A stretch of 64,000 bases of DNA from a virus. Taxonomy: Duplodnaviria; Caudoviricetes. A program made the translations under genes and the position numbers. A model generated the notes under the pieces. The model had not been told where the DNA came from and did not search any database. It saw only the letters and a program-made list of their open reading frames with translations. Below, piece by piece: positions 38,567 to 45,881 of this stretch (its first letter is position 1; every line of letters begins with the position of its first letter). The stretch is from IMG/VR virus record IMGVR_UViG_3300032320_001009, positions 25,244 to 89,243 of that record; one strand, written 5' to 3'.

Positions 38567-39187
38567 GTGGACGGAGTAGAAAGAGAAAGATTTAGCCCAC
38601 TGTGGTCACAACAGCAGATGGGAAAACACGTTGCTGAAATTCAACGTCGTTATGAAGGAGCGTCTAAAGAACAAAGAGAAGCAGGACATTCTTGGTACGC
38701 AAAAGCAAATGAAATTGCAACCAAGATAGGCAAAGGCGATGCTCGCAAAGGAGCAGGTATTCTTTCTGCCCTAAGTCCTATGACTGAGTGGGGATTAAAC
38801 GTCCGCAAAGCAGAAGAACTTGTAAAGACAGGCACAACAACATCAACTGGCGGTATGCAAAATGTTCGTAAGGCTCAAAGAATCTTGGAGGGGCAAGACC
38901 CTGACCAAGAGTTTAGCGAAAAGACTGGACCAAAGACCTTCAATTTTTACCATAACATTGCTAATCCTGATTCTCCTCATCATGTAACCATTGACCGTCA
39001 CGCATATAACGCTGCCGTTGCTCAACATGGAGCGTTAGATGATTTGGGTGGAAAAGTAGTAGGTGGTCGTTACAACCATTTTGCTGATGCTTACAAGAAT
39101 GCAACATACAGAATTGGCGGTTCATTAGTTCCGCAACAGGTACAGGCAGCCGTTTGGGTTGCACAACCGAAGGGAAGAAGACAATGA
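38567..39187 (+). CDS. HhH-GPD DNA-glycosylase-like protein (DUF7178-like)
   Basis: WY..A, SALSP..W, GPKT..F, VTIDRHA, QAAVW; GTG start with GGAG SD. Confidence 0.65.
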   Translation: MDGVERERFSPLWSQQQMGKHVAEIQRRYEGASKEQREAGHSWYAKANEIATKIGKGDARKGAGILSALSPMTEWGLNVRKAEELVKTGTTTSTGGMQNVRKAQRILEGQDPDQEFSEKTGPKTFNFYHNIANPDSPHHVTIDRHAYNAAVAQHGALDDLGGKVVGGRYNHFADAYKNATYRIGGSLVPQQVQAAVWVAQPKGRRQ

Positions 39188-39552
39188 GAGGTAACGGTGT
39201 AGATGGTCGTTATGACCACACAAAGCCGTGGGCTAGTCGTCCACCTTTTCAGCCCGACCAAGTAGCAAAGCGTTGGCAGTACAACGGTCCATGGTCGTCT
39301 AACGAAGAACGCTTAACTTCTCAAGCCTTAATGGTTATGAACATTCCAGGGGCAGATATTCAAAAAATGGTACGTCCAACCCTGCCACAGATACGTCTTT
39401 TCCCAGAAAAGTACGGGTATGACCGAAAAGTCTTTGGAATTGATGACATAGTAACTATTGACAGAAACTATGTTGAGCCACGTGTCGCTTGGTATTCAGG
39501 AGGCGTTGCAGGTTATTCAGGTTCAGCACGCAATGAGTTAGGAGCCAACTAA
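39184..39552 (+). CDS. Hypothetical protein
   Basis: ATGA-coupled start re-called. Confidence 0.6.
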   Translation: MRGNGVDGRYDHTKPWASRPPFQPDQVAKRWQYNGPWSSNEERLTSQALMVMNIPGADIQKMVRPTLPQIRLFPEKYGYDRKVFGIDDIVTIDRNYVEPRVAWYSGGVAGYSGSARNELGAN

Positions 39553-39818
39553 TGGGAAATAGCAATGCAGCACGTTGGGCAGGACGTTGGTCAAACCCAA
39601 GTCGATTCCAAACAAAACTAGACATTCGTAGTTCTAATATTGATGCAGCAAAAAACGCAGAGATTAGTTTAAAGAGTGCTCATGAAGGAGCGGTTTACAC
39701 CGCATTTCCAACAGGCGATGGATTAGACATGCGTAGCCAAAGTTCTAACCCTAACCAAAAAGAAATGACCTATCATGACAATGAAAACGTTCGTTCTTGG
39801 CACGCAGGGGAGAAGTAA
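39552..39818 (+). CDS. Hypothetical protein
   Basis: TAATG coupling. Confidence 0.6.
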   Translation: MGNSNAARWAGRWSNPSRFQTKLDIRSSNIDAAKNAEISLKSAHEGAVYTAFPTGDGLDMRSQSSNPNQKEMTYHDNENVRSWHAGEK

Positions 39819-40018
39819 TGGATGACGGCGATGGTGGCTTCATCCTAGAGATGCAAGCCAAAAAAATTGTAGATAACGCTATGAGTTATAACGGTTCACA
39901 CCCATGCCCACAATGTGGCGTAATCATGAATCCTGTTCAAGCGATGTACAGTAAAGGTATGTGTGCAGATTGTTTTTCACAGCATTCAGCCAAACGTCTT
40001 AAGGATAGGATGGCGTAA
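39818..40018 (+). CDS. Small zinc-ribbon protein
   Basis: CPQCG..CADC. Confidence 0.65.
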   Translation: MDDGDGGFILEMQAKKIVDNAMSYNGSHPCPQCGVIMNPVQAMYSKGMCADCFSQHSAKRLKDRMA

Positions 40019-40926
40019 TGGCAAGAAAAAAGGCTAGTTGGGTTGGACCAGTAAATCCAGCAGACCCAACAACAGGTATACTTCGCCCAACAGGTGAACT
40101 GAGTGCAGAAGCACGTGCAGAGTCTGAAAGAACTTCTCCACGCCCTAAAGTTAAACCTAAAGACAGTAAAAAAACACAGACATTAACTAATTCAAGAACA
40201 GGTAAAACTGAAGAAAGAGTAAGCAACGTAAAGTTTTTTAAAGAACCTGTTGTAAAACGTCAAAAGCCAAAAGTAAAAACAACTGAAAACCTTAAAGCAG
40301 CAGAAGTTCGTCCACCAACAAATGCTGAATTAGGTAAAAAAGTTACCTCTGTTTCTACAGTTCCAAAAACCCGTAAGAAAAAGGCTCGTGGAAAATCTGT
40401 TGCACGTGACCCAAAAACAGGTCGTGCAAGAGCAAAAACCACAGAAGAATTAACTACTGTACTTGCTCCTGCTGGTAGAGACGTTGTTGAAGGGGCAACC
40501 CCTCAAACTCCCCGTCCTTTACAACGTGTCTCCACAATTAAAGACGGAGTTCGTGGACACAAGGGTGCAGCAATTAGTCATAAAGAAGTTGCAGATATGG
40601 TTTCTCAAGCCAGAGGACATCTCACTCAAATGACTTTGACCCGTAATACCCCAGCATTCCACGAGCATCACGAGAACTTTAACCTCGTCCATGCCCAACT
40701 AGAAAAACACGCCCCTGCTGCTCACCAAATTTTAGGAATTATGCGCCATTTGACCGTAAACCCAACCCCAGAAAGTGCTGACCACTTTGAGTTAGCAGAC
40801 AAAGCCCTAGGAGATACACTTTCAGCGTATAAGGCTAAAGACTCTCACAATAAGAAGAGTAGTAGATTTGCGTACGCAGAACGTGTTCGCGGGATTAAGG
40901 CAGAAAGAGCAGGTACAACAGAATGA
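40018..40926 (+). CDS. K/R/T-rich disordered protein with helical C-terminus
   Basis: 302 aa, coupled. Confidence 0.65.
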   Translation: MARKKASWVGPVNPADPTTGILRPTGELSAEARAESERTSPRPKVKPKDSKKTQTLTNSRTGKTEERVSNVKFFKEPVVKRQKPKVKTTENLKAAEVRPPTNAELGKKVTSVSTVPKTRKKKARGKSVARDPKTGRARAKTTEELTTVLAPAGRDVVEGATPQTPRPLQRVSTIKDGVRGHKGAAISHKEVADMVSQARGHLTQMTLTRNTPAFHEHHENFNLVHAQLEKHAPAAHQILGIMRHLTVNPTPESADHFELADKALGDTLSAYKAKDSHNKKSSRFAYAERVRGIKAERAGTTE

Positions 40927-41240
40927 TTGGTTGGAATGACCGCCGTAAGGCAAAGAAGGCTGCAAGTAATACGACCAAAGCACAGATTGCTGCTATGGCA
41001 AAAGCGGGAACGCTACGTGCAGAACCAAAGCGTTCAACAGATAAATGGGCAAGTACTGGAAAAGATGAACGCCAGGCTGTTGCTAGTGAAGCACGTCAAG
41101 TTGGTTGGGAAGCAGGAAATGACCCATACGCCAGAGGAAAAAACTACAAGACTGCAGCAAAACGTGTTTCTGATAACCCTGCAAAGTATCACCTAAGTGA
41201 TAAAGAACCAATGCGAGCAAACCCAAAGAAAGCGAAATAA
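40923..41240 (+). CDS. Basic hypothetical protein
   Basis: 105 aa, ATGA coupling. Confidence 0.6.
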   Translation: MIGWNDRRKAKKAASNTTKAQIAAMAKAGTLRAEPKRSTDKWASTGKDERQAVASEARQVGWEAGNDPYARGKNYKTAAKRVSDNPAKYHLSDKEPMRANPKKAK

Positions 41241-41242
41241 TC

Positions 41243-41449
41243 ATGGCTGTTAACTCATCACGTTCAATGAACAAATCACTTGCTGAAGGTTCAACAGACG
41301 GTAAGTACCGTAAGGTTCACCCTGATACAGAAGTTATTGCTGGTGCAGGTAGCGAAGTTACTGACGCAAACCGTCAGTCTCTCCACCCATTCTTTGGTTA
41401 CGGATTCGCAACCACCGAGACACCAAACAAGGTAAACCCAGGAGCCTAA
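41243..41449 (+). CDS. Hypothetical protein
   Basis: 68-aa in-operon ORF. Confidence 0.55.
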   Translation: MAVNSSRSMNKSLAEGSTDGKYRKVHPDTEVIAGAGSEVTDANRQSLHPFFGYGFATTETPNKVNPGA

Positions 41450-41450
41450 C

Positions 41451-41633
41451 GTGGTAAAAAGACCACGAAGCATTGGTGGTCGAGTAGGTAAACACACTGC
41501 CAAAAGTGTAAAGACAGAGTTTACTGAAGACCGCAAATCAGGTGGTGGCGATAAGCCATCTGCCAAAAAAGGTTCACGTGTACGTAAGCCTATTCCGACT
41601 ATACGTAGTCGTAAGAAACACCAAACTTCTTAA
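41451..41633 (+). CDS. Small, highly basic protein
   Basis: GTG start, K/R-rich. Confidence 0.5.
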   Translation: MVKRPRSIGGRVGKHTAKSVKTEFTEDRKSGGGDKPSAKKGSRVRKPIPTIRSRKKHQTS

Positions 41634-41691
41634 CGTTCTTTACCTTTTACATGGGGTAGGGTATCGTTAGCAAAAATACTAGGAGTAACAC

Positions 41692-42258
41692 ATGTCCAAA
41701 ATTCCATTACTAGGTCAACCAAAAGATAAGTCCTACAACCAAGGACCACTCTTGCGTCTTTTGCACTGCATGGTTTGTTCTTCATTAGAAGAACTTCCTC
41801 CTTTTGAAGGTTTACCAGAACATGACCATCTACTAGCAATTGCTTGTGAGCGTCATAAGTTTCCTTCAGGGGAAGAGCACAAGGGATTGCTATTTATTGT
41901 TCCTGTAATGGCGTGGGCTAATAAAGAAGCCCGCGAAGACATCATCCGTCAAATCAAAGGCGGAGGGTCAAAGGGTCTTGCAGAAATCGATGATAAGTAT
42001 TACGAAAGTAAAAGCACTTTTTCTGCAGATGCGATGACCTGCTGGAAGAAGCATAATAGCCCACAAGATTCTTGTGGTGACTATGAGGATTCTTCAAAAC
42101 GTCTTTTACCCGACACAGGTAAAGAGCGTAAAGAACTTGGCTTGGCTTCTTTAAAAGAGGCTCCTGGTCCAAAAAACTATCTATGCCACTTTTGCCCAAT
42201 TCACAGCAAAGTGGTTACCCGCAAACGACAACTGTTAGGAATGTACGATGGCAAATGA
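41692..42258 (+). CDS. Cys/His-rich hypothetical protein
   Basis: HCMVC, C..H, CW..H..C, CHFCP; SD AGGAG. Confidence 0.7.
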   Translation: MSKIPLLGQPKDKSYNQGPLLRLLHCMVCSSLEELPPFEGLPEHDHLLAIACERHKFPSGEEHKGLLFIVPVMAWANKEAREDIIRQIKGGGSKGLAEIDDKYYESKSTFSADAMTCWKKHNSPQDSCGDYEDSSKRLLPDTGKERKELGLASLKEAPGPKNYLCHFCPIHSKVVTRKRQLLGMYDGK

Positions 42259-42580
42259 AAATGCAAAAGAAGTAGAGTTCTATTTTATTGTGGCTGTAGA
42301 AAAAGACGGCTCAATTCAAACACACCGCGAAATGCCAGAAGGCATGGAAGCAGAGCGTCCATTTACAACGCTTGATATTTACAAGGTTGCACAGGAGATT
42401 GTCTCTGACATCAAAGACCAACTTCTTGCAGACCGTGTAATTACAGGTTTGATGAATGTTATGCAAGCACAGCAACAGCCAGTAAGTGCTCGTGTTGCTG
42501 AGGCTCTTAAAGAACGTGGAGTTGAGTTTAATGCTGGAGAACAGACTGTTGAGTTCTCTGCAGAAAACGCCGAGGACTAA
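42248..42580 (+). CDS. Hypothetical protein
   Basis: 110 aa, overlapping start. Confidence 0.6.
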   Translation: MANENAKEVEFYFIVAVEKDGSIQTHREMPEGMEAERPFTTLDIYKVAQEIVSDIKDQLLADRVITGLMNVMQAQQQPVSARVAEALKERGVEFNAGEQTVEFSAENAED

Positions 42581-42583
42581 TAA

Positions 42584-42796
42584 ATGATGGCGATTGAGAT
42601 GTCCTGCGCCTGTGGCAGTTCGCTGTCCATTTCAGGTGATGACAAAGAATCTGAACAGATTTGGCATCTAACCCATCGCTTTACTGCTGCTCATCAAGAC
42701 TGTGGGTTTGTACAACCTCCTGCAGTTGAGTTTGATGCAAAGCGGAAGTTTAAAAGGCACATCATCAAGCCTTTCAACGAGGATGATGACGAGTAA
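42584..42796 (+). CDS. Small Cys/His protein
   Basis: CACG..H..CG. Confidence 0.55.
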   Translation: MMAIEMSCACGSSLSISGDDKESEQIWHLTHRFTAAHQDCGFVQPPAVEFDAKRKFKRHIIKPFNEDDDE

Positions 42797-42805
42797 ACTT
42801 AAACC

Positions 42806-43747
42806 ATGAACCGCAACGACGCTTTAAATCGGGTGGTTGGCTCAGTTACTATGGCTGGGTCAGCCACTTCGTATTTTTCTAAGCCTGAAGAAAACCTAGA
42901 CCCTGGGTTATTTGTTGGGCAACACATGAAGCCGTGGGTTCGCAACAGCATTTTGCGAATGTTAAATGAGTTCTTATCTAAGAAGTACAGCCAACCTTAC
43001 ACATGGTCAACTGTGTGGATTGCTGGTTCAGGGGTTTCCTACCAATGGAGTGCACAACGCAGTCCTGGAGACCTCGACGTTTTAATTGGCGTTGATTACG
43101 AAACCTTCCGTAAGACACACACCGATTACATGGGTTTGTCTGATACAGAAATTAGCAAGATGCTAAATGAAGATTTTCGTAAAGGACTTATGCCTCACAC
43201 AAAAAACTGGGAAGGTTACGAAGTAACGTTTTACGTAAACCCAGGAGCAACAGACATCAGAGTTATTAAACCCTACGCTGCCTATGACCTAACCCATGAT
43301 GAATGGACAGTTCATCCTGACCCTGAAGCACAGGCTCAAATTCAACCTGTGTGGGAAGAAGCAGCAAAACGCGACCACCAAAAAGCAATTGAGATTGTGT
43401 CTCGCTACAGCAAAATAACAACAGATTTACAAGCAGCCAAGAACGACCCTGCTCGTAGAAATGCAGAGTCCTACATGATTGTTCTTTTAGAACAAGCCAG
43501 TGCTCTTTATGAAGACATCCACGGAAGTCGTAAGCAAGCATTCTCTAAAACAGGAGAAGGTTACGGAGACTTCTACAACTACCGTTGGCAAGCAGGAAAG
43601 CGATTGGGAACAGTCGCAGCATTGAAACGTCTTAAAGACTTTTACGACGATTATAAAACCGCAGACGAAGTTACCACTTATGGTGTTGAACTTCCCGACA
43701 CAAGTACCCTCATCAGACGAGCAGCGATGTATAGGGTAGGAAAATAG
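42806..43747 (+). CDS. Pol-beta-superfamily nucleotidyltransferase
   Basis: AGSGVSY...GDLDVLI (GS + DxD) and YEVTFY (third carboxylate). Confidence 0.8.
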   Translation: MNRNDALNRVVGSVTMAGSATSYFSKPEENLDPGLFVGQHMKPWVRNSILRMLNEFLSKKYSQPYTWSTVWIAGSGVSYQWSAQRSPGDLDVLIGVDYETFRKTHTDYMGLSDTEISKMLNEDFRKGLMPHTKNWEGYEVTFYVNPGATDIRVIKPYAAYDLTHDEWTVHPDPEAQAQIQPVWEEAAKRDHQKAIEIVSRYSKITTDLQAAKNDPARRNAESYMIVLLEQASALYEDIHGSRKQAFSKTGEGYGDFYNYRWQAGKRLGTVAALKRLKDFYDDYKTADEVTTYGVELPDTSTLIRRAAMYRVGK

Positions 43748-43753
43748 GAACAC

Positions 43754-44221
43754 TTGAACGTACTCGTATCACTAGAAGGCGTAATGTGTTCGGAACAAAG
43801 CACTCCTAACCGAACAGGCATCCTTCTTTATTACTGGCTAGTTGCCAACAATCGTGTTGCCATCATGACTTCGTGGAAGAAAAAAGACGCTGAATTTTGG
43901 TTGATGTCTAATGGAATCATTGACTATGCCGAACTGATTGATGACTCCTATGAACTTCTTGGTGAAGATTTGCCCAGAAGACAAATCACCGTTGCACGGT
44001 CTAGACAACCTGTAGAACTTCTTTTAACTGCTGACCCTTCCTTAGCAGCGTGGGCATTTGAGCAGGGGATTCCTTCTTTAATGTTTTCCCACCCAGATTC
44101 CATTGGAGTTGCTAACCGACCAGGCATGAGAGCCTGGGGAGAAATCGAGGAAGCGATTACCCAAAAGCACATTAAACGTTCTTTAGATGTCCAAAAAGAA
44201 CATTCAATGTTTACGGATTAA
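43754..44221 (+). CDS. HAD-fold-like protein lacking the DxD motif
   Basis: N-term VLVSLEGV (vs hhhDxDG), VAIMTS. Confidence 0.5.
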   Translation: MNVLVSLEGVMCSEQSTPNRTGILLYYWLVANNRVAIMTSWKKKDAEFWLMSNGIIDYAELIDDSYELLGEDLPRRQITVARSRQPVELLLTADPSLAAWAFEQGIPSLMFSHPDSIGVANRPGMRAWGEIEEAITQKHIKRSLDVQKEHSMFTD

Positions 44222-44225
44222 GTAA

Positions 44226-45743
44226 ATGAACATTGTTTTTGGCGGGGTAGAGGTTGGAAGCAACCGCACACTTTTAGAGTCTATGCAGGTCACCCGTATG
44301 GGGCTGTCTTTTTACGCCCTAAAGAAGCGAGGACTTCCCAAAACGAAGTTATGGCTGGCATCTGAGCACTTCCTACCAGATACCCAATTGGTTTTAGATT
44401 CTGGCATTGCCCAGGCTGAACGTGATGGGCTGTCAAAAGAGGAACTAACTTCTTTAGCCTCCGAATACCAAGAATTTGTCGCCAACAACCTGGAGTTCAT
44501 CTGGGCATTCATTGAGCCAGACTCCCAAGTCCTAGGATTGGACTGGGTTCTTCAGGAGCGAGCCTCCTACGAGCACGACCCTAAACTTTGGGTGGTATGG
44601 CACGAATCCTACGGGGTTCAGAGGCTCAGAGACTGGTCTAAGAGGCACTCTAACATCGCCATACCTCACGAGACGATAGAGGCTGTAACCAGCCTTGCAG
44701 GGCTTACAAGGGCATTGGTAGCCCAGCACCCCGTAGCCTTTCATGGACTAGGCTGTGCCAAGCCTGACAACCTACGTCAGATACCCTTCACAACCGCTAC
44801 AACCCTCTCATGGCTCTCTCCCATGCGTCGGGGGGAAACGATTATTTGGGATGGAACAAAGGTTGTTCGATACCCCAAGAAGATGTTGGAGCAAGCCCGC
44901 AGACGTTACTCGTCAGTAATATCTAAAGAAGGTTTGGACTTCAACAAGTTCTTAAACAACGATGGCGTAGAGTCAGCCAAAGTCGCCGTATGGTCTTACA
45001 AGCAATTGGAGAAATCAATGGACAAGAAACGCCCCGACCTTCACGTTATCAAGGGTCAAAATAACGACCTATTATCTGATAACAGCGATACCCCACTACT
45101 ATCAGGTTTAGGGGAAATAGGGGAGTACCTTTCTGATAACAGCGACCTTGACATGCGGAAAAATTCTGACCTAGAAGAGCCTAAAAAGGTCATAGAAAGA
45201 GACCCTACAGAGGTTACAAGCCTCCCTGTTTTTGGCTACAAGATGAAGACCGTTGTTGAGACTGATGACGATGGAAACGACGTTCTAAAAGACGTTCCAA
45301 TGGTGCAGAGCACAGGGGTTTCCCTACGACAATGTGACACTTGTTTTGTCGCTTCGAACTGTCCAGCCTTCAAACCACAGAACACTTGTGCCTTCAATCT
45401 ACCTGTAGAGGTCAAGACTAAAGAACAACTAAAAGCATTATTAAATGCCGTAATTGAGATGCAGGGAGCAAGAGTTGCCTTTTCTCGCTTCGCTGAAGAA
45501 CTCAATGGTGGCTACCCTGACCCTAATACTTCTCAAGAAATTGACCGCCTTTTCAAGTTGGTCAAGGGTATGAAGGAGTTGGAAGAAAACCGAGAATTCA
45601 TTAGGATAACCGCCGAACGACAGTCGTCGGGTGGAGTGCTTTCAGCCATTTTTGGAGACAGAGCACAGGCTTTAAAAGACCTTCCAAATGGGGGTTTGAC
45701 AGAGGCAGATACCACAAAAATCATTCAGCAAGGCATCGAATAG
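44226..45743 (+). CDS. TGT/DpdA-like barrel fused to a Cys4 plus helical domain
   Basis: LDSG, VWH, HGLG, TATTLSW..RRG; C-term CDTC.....C........C. Confidence 0.55.
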   Translation: MNIVFGGVEVGSNRTLLESMQVTRMGLSFYALKKRGLPKTKLWLASEHFLPDTQLVLDSGIAQAERDGLSKEELTSLASEYQEFVANNLEFIWAFIEPDSQVLGLDWVLQERASYEHDPKLWVVWHESYGVQRLRDWSKRHSNIAIPHETIEAVTSLAGLTRALVAQHPVAFHGLGCAKPDNLRQIPFTTATTLSWLSPMRRGETIIWDGTKVVRYPKKMLEQARRRYSSVISKEGLDFNKFLNNDGVESAKVAVWSYKQLEKSMDKKRPDLHVIKGQNNDLLSDNSDTPLLSGLGEIGEYLSDNSDLDMRKNSDLEEPKKVIERDPTEVTSLPVFGYKMKTVVETDDDGNDVLKDVPMVQSTGVSLRQCDTCFVASNCPAFKPQNTCAFNLPVEVKTKEQLKALLNAVIEMQGARVAFSRFAEELNGGYPDPNTSQEIDRLFKLVKGMKELEENREFIRITAERQSSGGVLSAIFGDRAQALKDLPNGGLTEADTTKIIQQGIE

Positions 45744-45800
45744 TTATCTGATAACAGTAAGTGGAGGAGGGTGGAACAAGGTGGGGGCAAGTGGAGCACT
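45744..45800. repeat. TTATCTGATAA palindrome followed by four GTGG repeats at a 10-bp period
   Basis: GTGG at 45761, 45771, 45781, 45791. Confidence 0.8.
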
Positions 45801-45881
45801 GTTGTTAGGTGCAGACCACTCCGATTTCTGCTTTGATACGTCTTCTTCTTTCCCAAAAATCCAACCCGAAAGGTTTACCAA

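Noticed and set aside
44226-45743. Canonical DpdA 7-deazaguanine DNA modification system
   Set aside because: No preQ0 synthesis genes in the window, the nucleophile Asp appears missing, and restriction sites are still strongly avoided; kept only as a divergent TGT-like fold.
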